A stretch of 64,000 nt of DNA, taken from the NCBI GenBank assembly GCA_024275315.1, contig JAJRZK010000058.1, forward strand, positions 136,448 through 200,447, given 5' to 3'. A program made the position numbers and the translations under genes. Under the pieces are notes generated by a model. The model was not told where the DNA came from. It saw only the letters and a program-made list of their open reading frames with translations, and did no database searches. This stretch comes from Nitrospirota bacterium (GTDB taxonomy: Bacteria; Nitrospinota_A; UBA7883). The stretch's first letter is position 1. Each line of letters starts with the position of its first letter. Positions 10,985-20,028 of the stretch are shown piece by piece.

Positions 10985-11728
10985 ATGACAGACGAATTAG
11001 ACAAAAACGACCAGCAACCTGCCGAACCAGAGGAAATGAACCCCGCGCAACACGAGGCGCCATCTCCCCACCCGCCGATGGAGGAGGGATCCCTGGAGCA
11101 ACCGCCGGTCCCGTCTCATGATCAGCCAGCCCCAGCCACCCAGAGCGCCCAGCTTAAAATGGCCGACGAGATGAAATCCGGCGGAACTCCTTTTAATTAC
11201 AGGGGAGAACTGGGGCAAAACGGTATGATCAACACCTCCGGATCAAATGGCGCTGGCTCGTTTCTGGTTATTTTGTCGCTTTTGCTCGCTTTGCTGATAA
11301 CAGGAATCGTGGCTTTCAAGGGGTGGAATGAACTATCGACTGTTTCGGATAAAATCGACCGTGTTAACCACAGCGTGGAGCGCCTCGCCGAAAAGCTGAA
11401 CAGAAAAATAAACCTGAACGAAGAAACGGGCAGAGCTGTCGCGAGAAGCGAGCTTCAAAAAAGTCTTAAAGCGCTGGGGGAGATTCTGGATCTGGACGAC
11501 CCTGAAACAACCCGTAAAGCTATTGAATTGCAAGGCAAGATCATGGATCTCTTGGCCCTTATCGGTGTCAAGGAGTTCGTCATAACCAAAAAACCTGGGA
11601 ACAACGATGAGGCGACTGGCGGGATGGGCGATAAATCCACCATCGCCGAACCTGATCAACCAGCCAACCTTTCCGGGAAAGAACCATCCGACGCCCCCGA
11701 ACCGGCGTCGGGAGACCAGGAATTATGA
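10985..11728 (+). CDS. Hypothetical protein: acidic Pro/Glu/Gln-rich N-terminus, one TM helix, coiled-coil C-terminus
   Basis: The ORF spans 10949-11728. The likely start is MTDELDKND at 10985. It contains a TM segment SFLVILSLLLALLITGIVAF and a low-complexity acidic tail. No known catalytic motif. Confidence 0.4.
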   Translation: MTDELDKNDQQPAEPEEMNPAQHEAPSPHPPMEEGSLEQPPVPSHDQPAPATQSAQLKMADEMKSGGTPFNYRGELGQNGMINTSGSNGAGSFLVILSLLLALLITGIVAFKGWNELSTVSDKIDRVNHSVERLAEKLNRKINLNEETGRAVARSELQKSLKALGEILDLDDPETTRKAIELQGKIMDLLALIGVKEFVITKKPGNNDEATGGMGDKSTIAEPDQPANLSGKEPSDAPEPASGDQEL

Positions 11729-11778
11729 CCGATCCCGAATCTTGAATCCATCAAACATTTTTTATCAGTAACAACGAG

Positions 11779-12222
11779 ATGATGTTTCAGGATAATATCG
11801 GCTCCATGTTCTCGTTCGGTGTCAAACAGTTAAAAGTGCTGGTCGACATCTTCCTGCTGAAATTGCGCATCATTGGCTTTGCGAACAAGCGAAACGGTCT
11901 TTTTGCAAAGCTCGGCGAAGTCTCGTACAAATTGATCAAATCAGGTGGTCTCGAAATTGAGAACGACCAGGTCCGCTCTTTCATCAAGGAGATCGAAGAG
12001 GCGGATAGAGAGATTTTAAGCGCCGAAAGCGAGATCAACAAGGTAAAATCAGCCGCACAAACCCATAGAGCCGAATATCGTGAAATGCGAAAAAAAACGG
12101 CTCCTGAAGAACCTGCCGCTCCTGAAAAACCGCAACCCGCGATCCCCGGGGAAATTTTAGGATCCAAACATGAAAACCATGAAACGGCGACCAATCAAAC
12201 CCGAAAAACGGAGACATCATAA
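11779..12222 (+). CDS. Hypothetical coiled-coil protein
   Basis: 147 aa ORF located between the previous hypothetical gene and tsaB. It has a charged, coiled-coil-like C-terminus and a start codon weakly supported by context. Confidence 0.35.
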   Translation: MMFQDNIGSMFSFGVKQLKVLVDIFLLKLRIIGFANKRNGLFAKLGEVSYKLIKSGGLEIENDQVRSFIKEIEEADREILSAESEINKVKSAAQTHRAEYREMRKKTAPEEPAAPEKPQPAIPGEILGSKHENHETATNQTRKTETS

Positions 12223-12332
12223 CTATTTGTTAATCAATGTCGTTGCAAAGCGCCATTGCATTATTTCTGAATATCTGATATCTAGTGAATATGGGCTCTT
12301 TTTTAAGTGAACCGAGGCGTTAACACTCGTAC

Positions 12333-13058
12333 TTGATGCTTATTCTCGGGATAGACACATCCTCCGTCGAAGCAGGCGTTACGCTGGTTGAAAACGGCGT
12401 TGTGCGGCTAAAATCCATCCGGAAACCGGAATCAACCCATTCCCGGGATATCCTTGCGCTTACAAACCGGTTGCTTGACGATAGCATGTTAGATTTGGGC
12501 GGGATCGACCTGCTCTCCGTATCGACGGGGCCAGGATCATTCACCGGGCTCAGGATAGGTATTGGGACAATGATGGGCCTTGCCGATTCCTTGGGCAAAC
12601 CCCTTGCGGGAGCTGGCACGCTCGACGCTGTGGCTTATGTTAACACCGCTCCGAATGGATGGTGTTTCTGTCCGGTGATGCGGGCTCACATGGGGAAGGT
12701 ATACGCCGCGCTGTATGAAGTCGATGGTGGGGCCAAAGAAAAGACGACCCCCAACCTTGAGATATACCCGGAGGATCTGGCGGATTTGATTGATCGTCCG
12801 GTACTGTTCGCCGGTGACGGGTTCGCCCCGTACAGGGAGATTTTCAGGGAAAAAATCGGTTTTGAAATAAAATTTGTCGAATATCCGGAGAGGTTCTGCG
12901 TCGAAGGGGTTGCTCTTTTGGCCCATGAATTTGCTGTGAAAGGCAAACTGGATGACCATCCTCCGGAGCCTGTGTATGTAAGCCGCTCCCAGGCGGAGAT
13001 AAACTGGGAAAAACATCAAACCACAATCTCGGCAGGAGAAAACACCAATGCCCACTGA
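12333..13058 (+). CDS. tsaB: tRNA threonylcarbamoyladenosine biosynthesis protein TsaB (YeaZ family)
   Basis: MMLILGIDTSSVEAGVTLVENG... (the Kae1/YgjD-like ASKHA N-terminus), GPGSFTGLRIGIGTMMGLA. It is about 240 aa and has no metal-binding HxxH motif, which suggests TsaB rather than TsaD. Confidence 0.8.
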   Translation: MMLILGIDTSSVEAGVTLVENGVVRLKSIRKPESTHSRDILALTNRLLDDSMLDLGGIDLLSVSTGPGSFTGLRIGIGTMMGLADSLGKPLAGAGTLDAVAYVNTAPNGWCFCPVMRAHMGKVYAALYEVDGGAKEKTTPNLEIYPEDLADLIDRPVLFAGDGFAPYREIFREKIGFEIKFVEYPERFCVEGVALLAHEFAVKGKLDDHPPEPVYVSRSQAEINWEKHQTTISAGENTNAH

Positions 13059-13275
13059 AACGCACGATCCAGTCGAAGTACAGCTCTTGAGCGAAAACGA
13101 CGAATACAGAAAGCTCTATGAAGCGCATATAAAATATAAGGTGCAGGTTGAGCAATTCGCCCAGAAAAAATATCTTACCCCGGAAGAGGAATACGAGCTC
13201 AAACAGATCAAAAAACTGAAACTGGCGGGAAAAGATAGAATGACCCGAATACTGCTTCAGGCGAAGGAAATCTAG
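13048..13275 (+). CDS. DUF465 (YdcH-like) small protein
   Basis: 75 aa with ENDEYRKLYEAHIKYKVQVEQF...LTPEEEYELKQIKKLKLAGKDRMTRIL, the typical DUF465 pattern. The start overlaps the tsaB 3' end by 11 nt, which suggests translational coupling. Confidence 0.6.
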   Translation: MPTETHDPVEVQLLSENDEYRKLYEAHIKYKVQVEQFAQKKYLTPEEEYELKQIKKLKLAGKDRMTRILLQAKEI

Positions 13276-13308
13276 ATTTTCTTCACAACACGGACAGATT
13301 TCCACACT

Positions 13309-13335
13309 GGTTTACGGCGTTAATCGCCGTAAACC
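13309..13335 (+). terminator. Perfect 11-bp inverted repeat hairpin (GGTTTACGGCG-TTAAT-CGCCGTAAACC) 34 nt after the DUF465 stop
   Basis: Read directly from the sequence. There is no U-tract after the stem, so it may be a U-less terminator or a protein-binding palindrome. Confidence 0.35.
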
Positions 13336-13498
13336 AGATTGAGACGGTTCGTTTGCATGACGGCCCATTCCTGCCTCGGACGATCATTTTGATGTCTCTA
13401 TCACGCATATCGCCCCAGCGCCGTCATCGGAGCCGTTCGGCTGGACAAAAGCCAAAAACTGTAACGAGTAATAAATGCGCCAATCGTTTATTAGCCTA

Positions 13499-13527
13499 TT
13501 GACAAAACGCTCTTTTACTTATATTTT
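13499..13527 (+). promoter_or_regulatory. Candidate sigma70 promoter (TTGACA-N17-TATTTT) for the cNMP-binding protein gene
   Basis: A TTGACA hexamer at 13499-13504 and an AT-rich -10 region about 17 nt downstream. A GGGAG RBS lies 7 nt before the ATG at 13570. Confidence 0.3.
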
Positions 13528-13569
13528 GCCTTTTCAAATGTTTAATTATTACATCAGGGAGTAATAGCG

Positions 13570-14040
13570 ATGGCTCAAGAAACCATTGACGCTGGCCAGT
13601 GGATATTTACCGAAGGAGGTCAGTATGGTTATTTCATGTACAAGCTTATCAAGGGAAAAGTGTCCGTGTATTCCGGTGGAGCGAAAGTCAACGAGATAAC
13701 GGTCAATGAGGGTGACGCCCCGGTATCCCTTGGCATTATCGCCGCCCTTCGCGAGGATGGAAAACACACGGCATCTGTAAAATCTGAAACCGAGATTGTT
13801 GTTGAAAGAGTTTTTCTGGATCAGATCCGCGGTGTTTTGAGAAACGAGATTCCCGACGAAATGAAAAGCGATATCGATACGATGCTCAACACCATTTTGA
13901 TCAACAATGAGATCAACAGCCTCAAGGCGAGGCTAGCCAAGCTGCCGAAAGTGAGTCTGGAAATACCGGAAAACTTGCAGTCCAACTCCGTTCTGCAGGA
14001 AATAGTCAGACTCTACAGCTTCTACGGAGACAAGAGCTAG
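13570..14040 (+). CDS. Standalone cyclic-nucleotide-binding (CAP-family cNMP) domain protein without a DNA-binding domain
   Basis: 156 aa. A beta-roll region (GQWIFTEGGQYGYFMYKLIKGKVSV...) and a phosphate-binding-cassette-like segment (SLGIIAALREDGKHTASV). There is no HTH, and the C-terminal roughly 60 aa are predicted helical. Confidence 0.55.
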   Translation: MAQETIDAGQWIFTEGGQYGYFMYKLIKGKVSVYSGGAKVNEITVNEGDAPVSLGIIAALREDGKHTASVKSETEIVVERVFLDQIRGVLRNEIPDEMKSDIDTMLNTILINNEINSLKARLAKLPKVSLEIPENLQSNSVLQEIVRLYSFYGDKS

Positions 14041-14118
14041 TACCGCGGACCGCCCGGCTGTGGGACTTGTTCCCCGGCGACTGGGCGGGACGTCTATATT
14101 CTATAGGGTGGCTGAAAC

Positions 14119-14745
14119 ATGAACGGCGTGAGCGTGATGGGTGAGAATATAAAATGGGCGCCTTTCGGAGCGCTTGTTCTGTGCCTCGTTGTGGCTACGG
14201 GGTTTTGGAAAATCGGGAAAAGCCTTGAACAACCGTTAAAGCCGTTCGAAGCTTCCAGCCAGGCGCAAAAAAAACCACAGCCGGTCATGGAAGGGAAAGT
14301 CGCTCCAAAATTCACTCTCCCTCTCCTTACCGGTGGAAACATTTCACTGGCCGACTATAAGGGCAAATTTGTGTTCCTGAATATCTGGGCCACGTGGTGC
14401 GCTCCATGCCGCGAGGAAATGCCATCCATGCAACGCCTTCACGAGCAGATGGCCGGCAAGAATTTCGCCATGATCTCGATCAGCATAGACGACGATAAAT
14501 CGGAAGTCGAAAAATTTGTGAACGAACTCGGGCTGACTTTTCCCGTCGCTCTCGATCCGGCGCAGGTGGTGGCGCCCAAATACAAAATAACAGGTGTGCC
14601 GGAGACGTTTCTGATCGGCGGAGATGGTGTCGTGATGCACCATGTGATCGGCCCGGGCGAATGGGACAACCCGTCGATACTGTCCGCGTTTAACGAGTCG
14701 GCCGAAATCCAGGCTTCCCGCAACTCTGATTCTCCAGACAAATAA
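14119..14745 (+). CDS. TlpA/ResA-family thiol:disulfide oxidoreductase (membrane-anchored thioredoxin-like)
   Basis: N-terminal TM/signal segment and a WATWCAPCREEMP thioredoxin CxxC motif. Confidence 0.8.
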   Translation: MNGVSVMGENIKWAPFGALVLCLVVATGFWKIGKSLEQPLKPFEASSQAQKKPQPVMEGKVAPKFTLPLLTGGNISLADYKGKFVFLNIWATWCAPCREEMPSMQRLHEQMAGKNFAMISISIDDDKSEVEKFVNELGLTFPVALDPAQVVAPKYKITGVPETFLIGGDGVVMHHVIGPGEWDNPSILSAFNESAEIQASRNSDSPDK

Positions 14746-14881
14746 TCCCGCATTTCCCAGGCAGAAAAAACTCGATGGCTGTATCAACTCCTGCTTCTGG
14801 CCCTGTAAAATAAGGGTAAAACGCGATTTGCAACCTCATCTTCAGGTAAATTCATAGGGTGAAAGAATAAAATGAGCTTTG

Positions 14882-15547
14882 TCACCTTTTGAACGTTTTC
14901 ACCAATTTCTGTGGGCTGACGCCCATGTAATAGCCCAGCATTATCGCCCAGTTTACAAGTGTTGATCGAGCCATTCCCCTTCCATGCCAGCGTCTGCCTG
15001 ACGTTACGGCGTATTCGTTAATTATTTTCAGTTTTCCACGTTTCCTGATCTGCTTTACGAGCATGACGTCTTCCAGGATGGGCGTGTCCCGGTACCCGCC
15101 TATCTTGTCAAACAACTTCTTGGACAGAAACAGAGCCTGGTCGCCGTATGGCGCTTTGAAAACCAGGCTCCTGATATTGGCCACGAATGACACCATCTGC
15201 AACCAGGCCGATGGAGAGTCTATTTTCAACCTGTAAGCCCCCCCGGCTACATATGGGAGCTGGAGAACCTCGCGTACCGCCAACAAGGATTCTTGCGTGA
15301 TGACAGTATCGGCGTGGAGAAACAGGAGTATATCTCCGCTGGCCAGCTTGGCGCCTGCGTTCATCTGGGCGGCGCGCCCCTTCACCGTCCGCACCACCAC
15401 TGTACCGCCAGGCTCCGGTGTGACGTCATCCCCCTTGGCAAGGGCGCATATAACCTCCACCCCCGGCAGGTTCGTGTACAGGCTGGTGATGACGTCCAGG
15501 TTTTTTTCATTCCACGCTGGCACTATGATGGATATCTTTGCTGTCAT
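14882..15547 (-). CDS. Family 2 glycosyltransferase (small, TIGR04283-like)
   Basis: MTAKISIIVPAWNE... together with a DxD-like region (FLHADT). It is about 220 aa and lies immediately downstream of cyaA on the same strand. Confidence 0.7.
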   Translation of the reverse strand: MTAKISIIVPAWNEKNLDVITSLYTNLPGVEVICALAKGDDVTPEPGGTVVVRTVKGRAAQMNAGAKLASGDILLFLHADTVITQESLLAVREVLQLPYVAGGAYRLKIDSPSAWLQMVSFVANIRSLVFKAPYGDQALFLSKKLFDKIGGYRDTPILEDVMLVKQIRKRGKLKIINEYAVTSGRRWHGRGMARSTLVNWAIMLGYYMGVSPQKLVKTFKR

Positions 15548-15596
15548 GGCTATACCATCGCCGCAGGTTGCAGTCTCATCCGGCAGGCGTGAAATC

Positions 15597-17651
15597 TCAT
15601 GCGGAGAACTTGTGTTTTTTGACCAGATAATCCTTTAGATCTTTCAGGAGTTTGGTTTCGTTGGATCCCTTGGGGATAAACGTTCTGAATATTTTACGCT
15701 TGGAAATAACAAAACCGGCCGATGTCTGGCCAAGCACGTCGAGCAGTTTTGACAAGCCTTTTTTGGCCGGCAAAACGTGACAGAAAGATTCTCCCCAACT
15801 GGTTGAATAGAGTATATGAAGAGTTTCGATTTCGTTTTTCCACTTTGGCGAAAGATAATTGATAACGACAAAAATCCTTTTTACTCTCGCCCTGGACAGC
15901 AAATCGTCGTGGCTCAGGTCCTTGATGTCCAGCCCAGGGAAAAACTCACGCACGTTGCGCGCCAACCCCTGCAGATCGGTCAGCGCGACAGGAAGCTGTT
16001 TGTGTGGAACAAGGTACAAAAACGTGTTAAGCCCGTATATCTGGTTTTGCACAAGCCACATTACAAGCGAAATCGGGTCGCGAGCTTTGTTCAGCAAATG
16101 TTGCTCTATCCCGACCCCTTTGGCGGCCTGGCTCCTAATGTCACCATTGTAGACCGCCCATACCGGAGCCTGGCCCGGCTTTATGACGACGCTGAAAGTG
16201 ATGGCCTCCACATTCTTAATTTCATTCATTACGCGGTTCATCCGTGGTATTTTCGCTGGGTTTTTCTTGTCATATATGGCGAACAGCTTGCGCCCGAGGA
16301 TATGCAAATCCCTGTCACTGATGACTCTGTTTTCACTGTTGACGCTGGCCAGGTCTTTTGTCAGGTCCTTGTAGGTGTCCAGCATGAAGTTGCGTATCTC
16401 CAGCCCCAGCTCCGCCACCTTGCTGTATTGCCAGCTTTTGAAATTATTCATATCGCCAAGGGTCCCCACGTCCCATTTCCATCGTCTCAGGCACGACCTC
16501 AAAGTTCGATCTTTGTAAGGCAGAGTGTCTATATTTTTGGTGTCTTTCACCGGATCGTCCAGCGACTTTAGATAAAAACATTTTTCAAGACATGTCACTA
16601 CGCCTCTGCGCTTGGCTTTTATGTAATGTCTTCGGATATAGTCGAACATGAGCAGGTATGGATCCGCCTGATCGGTCTTGTCCGGGTTGTGATGGATCGC
16701 GTGTTTAAGGAGGTCGCAAAGCAGTTTTTCCCCCGGTCCCGCGCTGATAAAGCTTTCCAGCAACGCCATTTTCAACGCCGCTTTGTATGGGCTGGAAGTC
16801 GCCTTGTTGAACTGCCACAACAACGCCCCGAACAACTCGCCTTTGGATGGAGGCCCGACGTTGCCCAGGTCCACGACTTCGCTCATGTCGGGGTCGCCTT
16901 CCTCATACAGGACCTTCAGGTGCTCATTGTATTGTTCGTCGGTAAGGTTGGCGGGGAAAATCCACCAGAGAGGATCTTTGCCTGCGACCAGAATCGCGGT
17001 TCTGTAAAACTCCTCTTTGAGAATATGTGTCTGCGACGAGCCGGCCGACTCTTTGTCCGTATCGCCAAAATCATTCATCCTGGTCTTGGTGATGTCGGAG
17101 ATAAAAAAGTGTATCTCCACTTTTTTCTCCGCGGCCCAGCTCTCAATCGCCGCAAGCCTGGTTTTTAGCGCATCGATCTGTTCAGGCTTGAGTTTCGACT
17201 CATCTATGACCACCCAGTAGTCGCAATCGGATGTCTTTATCTGGGCTACTGTGCCGATGGAACCCATCATAAGAAGCGACTCTATGACGAAATCACCCAC
17301 GGGCATCGCCGCCTTTGCCAGGGAAATGTCAAAAGATGGAAAATAGCGCTTGATCACCGCCAGCGTTTCATCGGACTGATTGTACAAATATATGCCCGAC
17401 GCGCCATGTTCTCCCTCTACGTATCCGGGCAACCCGCGAAAGTTGGTATGGAGCAAAAAGGGAACCACCAGAAAACCTATGCGCCCCAGCTCTTGATTTA
17501 TTTCAAAAGCGCGTTTTGTTCTGTGCTTGTTATAGGATCGCCAAGCCATACGGTTGCGGCTGTACCTGGACAGGCCCATCAGTCGCCCCCGGATAGCGTC
17601 GGGCGAAGCGGGAAACCGCTGTTTCCCCCTCTGGTGAGAAAGTTCACACAA
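15597..17651 (-). CDS. cyaA: Class I adenylate cyclase (enterobacterial CyaA type) with a shortened C-terminal regulatory region
   Basis: Collinear similarity to E. coli CyaA: GLPGYVEGEHGASGIYLYNQSDET, MGSIGT...SDCDYWVVID, WAAEKKVEIHFFISD, AGSSQTHILKEEFYRTAILVAGK. The ORF is 684 aa versus about 848 aa in E. coli. The true start may be an internal Met (M25/M35) or a non-ATG codon, as in E. coli. Confidence 0.8.
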   Translation of the reverse strand: MCELSHQRGKQRFPASPDAIRGRLMGLSRYSRNRMAWRSYNKHRTKRAFEINQELGRIGFLVVPFLLHTNFRGLPGYVEGEHGASGIYLYNQSDETLAVIKRYFPSFDISLAKAAMPVGDFVIESLLMMGSIGTVAQIKTSDCDYWVVIDESKLKPEQIDALKTRLAAIESWAAEKKVEIHFFISDITKTRMNDFGDTDKESAGSSQTHILKEEFYRTAILVAGKDPLWWIFPANLTDEQYNEHLKVLYEEGDPDMSEVVDLGNVGPPSKGELFGALLWQFNKATSSPYKAALKMALLESFISAGPGEKLLCDLLKHAIHHNPDKTDQADPYLLMFDYIRRHYIKAKRRGVVTCLEKCFYLKSLDDPVKDTKNIDTLPYKDRTLRSCLRRWKWDVGTLGDMNNFKSWQYSKVAELGLEIRNFMLDTYKDLTKDLASVNSENRVISDRDLHILGRKLFAIYDKKNPAKIPRMNRVMNEIKNVEAITFSVVIKPGQAPVWAVYNGDIRSQAAKGVGIEQHLLNKARDPISLVMWLVQNQIYGLNTFLYLVPHKQLPVALTDLQGLARNVREFFPGLDIKDLSHDDLLSRARVKRIFVVINYLSPKWKNEIETLHILYSTSWGESFCHVLPAKKGLSKLLDVLGQTSAGFVISKRKIFRTFIPKGSNETKLLKDLKDYLVKKHKFSA

Positions 17652-17757
17652 CCGGAAAAAGACCGGGGGTGGATTCTGTCAGATCGACCCGACCTTAACA
17701 CGCGGTTATCTTCTGACTTCGCACCCAAAACAGCGAGACGCATCGAATCGGGCGGAG

Positions 17758-18693
17758 TCACGCTTTAGCGGAGCTTTCATACCCTTGCCCCTCGAGCTCG
17801 GAAACGTATTCCTCCGCTTTGAATGCGGCTATGGCTGCGTCTCCAACCGATGTGACCACTTGACGCAGGGGCGTCACCCGGCAATCGCCGGCGGCGAACA
17901 CGCCCGGAACAGAGGTTTCCATGTTTTCGTTGGTGATGATAAATCCCTGGCTGTCCTTGTCGCAGTCTATAAACCCGGTATTGGGCGAGATGCCCACGAA
18001 AACAAAAATTCCGTCGACGGCGATGTCCGATGTTTTGCCATCCTTGTTTGTCACTCTCAATCCCGTCACGCCGCTTTCGTCTCCCAAAGCTTCCTCTACG
18101 CTGGTCATCCAGAGAAACTCTATGTTGTCACGGGTCATGATCCTGTCGCGCAACACCTTCTCGGCTCGAAACCTGTCCCGTCTGTGGACATGGTATACTT
18201 TGCTCGATATTTTCGACAGGTATATCGACTCTTTCACCGCCGTGTCCCCGCCACCTATGACCGCCACTGGCTTGTTCCTGTAGAAAGGGCCGTCGCAGGT
18301 GGCGCAATTGGATATGCCCCGGCCGACAAACTCCTCCTCGCCTTTAAACCCGAGACGTTTCGGCTGGGCGCCGGTGCAGATGATTACGGACTTGGTGTCA
18401 ATGGCGTCCTTGCTCGTCGTTATGGATATTCCTTTTGTGGAAGGCTCGATCTTTTTGACTTCGGTATAGATGAATTCCGCACCGACAGCCTTGGCGTGGT
18501 CCTCGAAATTCTTCATGAGTTCCCCCCCTGACAGGGACGGGAAGCCGGGGTAGTTCTCTATAATATCTGACAACGCGATCTGGCCTCCAATGCCCAGCTT
18601 TTCGACAATGACAGTTTTCATGCCGGCGCGAATGGCGTATATGGCCGCGCAAATCCCGCCGGGGCCTCCTCCGATTATCACACAGTCGTACAT
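17758..18693 (-). CDS. trxB: Thioredoxin-disulfide reductase
   Basis: MYDCVIIGGGPGG..., redox-active CATCDG, and GGGDTA for NADPH binding. I trimmed the ORF-track N-terminal extension (which runs to 18840) to the conserved MYDC start. Confidence 0.9.
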   Translation of the reverse strand: MYDCVIIGGGPGGICAAIYAIRAGMKTVIVEKLGIGGQIALSDIIENYPGFPSLSGGELMKNFEDHAKAVGAEFIYTEVKKIEPSTKGISITTSKDAIDTKSVIICTGAQPKRLGFKGEEEFVGRGISNCATCDGPFYRNKPVAVIGGGDTAVKESIYLSKISSKVYHVHRRDRFRAEKVLRDRIMTRDNIEFLWMTSVEEALGDESGVTGLRVTNKDGKTSDIAVDGIFVFVGISPNTGFIDCDKDSQGFIITNENMETSVPGVFAAGDCRVTPLRQVVTSVGDAAIAAFKAEEYVSELEGQGYESSAKA

Positions 18694-18719
18694 TATTTCC
18701 ACCTTCCTTGTTAATTTTA

Positions 18720-19304
18720 CTACGATTTGAATAATGTGCCGTATCTCTCTTCTTTCCAGGGGTCTCCATGGTTGTGATAGCCTCTTAGCTCCCAAAATCC
18801 ACCACTGTCCAGCTCCATGAATTCGACAGCCCGAACCCATTTCGCAGATTTCCAGGCGTAGAGCCGGGGAACCACCAGGCGAAGCGGGAAACCATGCTCC
18901 GGCGTCAGGTCGGCCCCGTCCAGTTTCCTTGCGAAAATGACATCTTCCTCAAAAAACTCCTCAATCCTTATATTGGTAGTATACCCCTGTTTGCAATGGA
19001 CCATAACAAACTTCGCAGAGGGTTTGACCCGCGCCAGTTCGGCGATTTTCCCCGTTTTCACTCCTTCCCAGACGTTGTCAAACCTGGACCATGTCGTGAC
19101 GCAATGAAAATCGGCGATAATCGTTTCGTGGGGCAGTGCGAGGAATCGCTCGTATTTCATTTCGATCTCGTTTTCTACAAGGCCGAATATCCTGAACGTC
19201 CATGTATCGATATCGAACGCCGGAATGTCGCCTATATGAAGCACTGGTAATTGTTCCGTCAGCGTCTGTCCCGGAGGAAGCCTGGGGTTATTTGTTTTGC
19301 TCAT
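18720..19304 (-). CDS. Short sulfite-oxidase-family molybdopterin oxidoreductase (YuiH/MsrP-like catalytic domain)
   Basis: HCVTTWSRFDNVWEGV (molybdopterin-binding cysteine region), FPLRLVVPRLYAWKSAKWV. It is about 195 aa from MSKTNNPRLPPGQ. Confidence 0.6.
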   Translation of the reverse strand: MSKTNNPRLPPGQTLTEQLPVLHIGDIPAFDIDTWTFRIFGLVENEIEMKYERFLALPHETIIADFHCVTTWSRFDNVWEGVKTGKIAELARVKPSAKFVMVHCKQGYTTNIRIEEFFEEDVIFARKLDGADLTPEHGFPLRLVVPRLYAWKSAKWVRAVEFMELDSGGFWELRGYHNHGDPWKEERYGTLFKS

Positions 19305-20028
19305 AACCCTTTTTCTTCCTTGCTTTAATCGATTTGTATATTGTCGGCGTGAGAGCCAAAACCCCCAGCAAGGCGAATGAAAGATAAAAACCAAACCCGA
19401 TGGTTCCACCGGAAGCGGCCATGGCTGCTTTGGAGGCGGCGTTTGCGAAAACGAAACTTGCGGGGATTATTCCTATGGCCGTAGCGATAAAATAGTCCCG
19501 AAACCGTATTCTGGTCAGTCCCGAAGCGAAATTTATCCCGTTAAACGGGAATATGGGAACAAGCCTTATGAACAATATGAAATATAGCCCCTGGTCTTCG
19601 ACGCCTTTGTCGAGCTTGCCGAACCAGCGAGTTTTACCGAACATTTCCGTTATAAAATCACGCGCGAGAAACCGCGCCACGAAAAAGGCTCCGCTTGCTC
19701 CTATCGTGGCGCCTATGACTATAAGTATGGTTCCCACGTATGCGCCAAAAACAACGCCACCGATAATTGTAAGAATGGTTCCCGGTACCCCCAGCACCGT
19801 GCTGACAGCGTAAATCACCACAAACCCCAACGGAGCCCACGGCCCCATATCGCTCAGCGTCGCCTCTATGTTATCCCTGGTGAAATAAGCTCCTATGTTC
19901 GTCCATTTAAAAACAGCAGCCACCGCCAAAACCATGCACAGCAACACAGCCAGCTTAAGATATGGGGACAACACGGCTTTGTCGTCTCCAGGCGGGGGCA
20001 CGGGTTTTTTGTCTGGTGAAACTATCAA
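19288..20028 (-). CDS. TVP38/TMEM64 (DedA-related) family membrane protein
   Basis: Multiple TM helices and the VLGVPGTILTIIGGVVFG signature. Confidence 0.75.
   Translation of the reverse strand: MIVSPDKKPVPPPGDDKAVLSPYLKLAVLLCMVLAVAAVFKWTNIGAYFTRDNIEATLSDMGPWAPLGFVVIYAVSTVLGVPGTILTIIGGVVFGAYVGTILIVIGATIGASGAFFVARFLARDFITEMFGKTRWFGKLDKGVEDQGLYFILFIRLVPIFPFNGINFASGLTRIRFRDYFIATAIGIIPASFVFANAASKAAMAASGGTIGFGFYLSFALLGVLALTPTIYKSIKARKKKGYEQNK

Noticed and set aside
15816-16571. 251-aa plus-strand ORF, and other ORFs of 60-180 aa, between 15.6 and 17.7 kb
   Set aside because: They are antisense to the class I adenylate cyclase gene, whose product is collinear with CyaA over its whole length. They are shadow ORFs.
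17758-18840. Extended 360-aa version of trxB
   Set aside because: The extra 49 N-terminal residues have no homolog. The conserved TrxB start MYDCVIIGGG begins at 18693.
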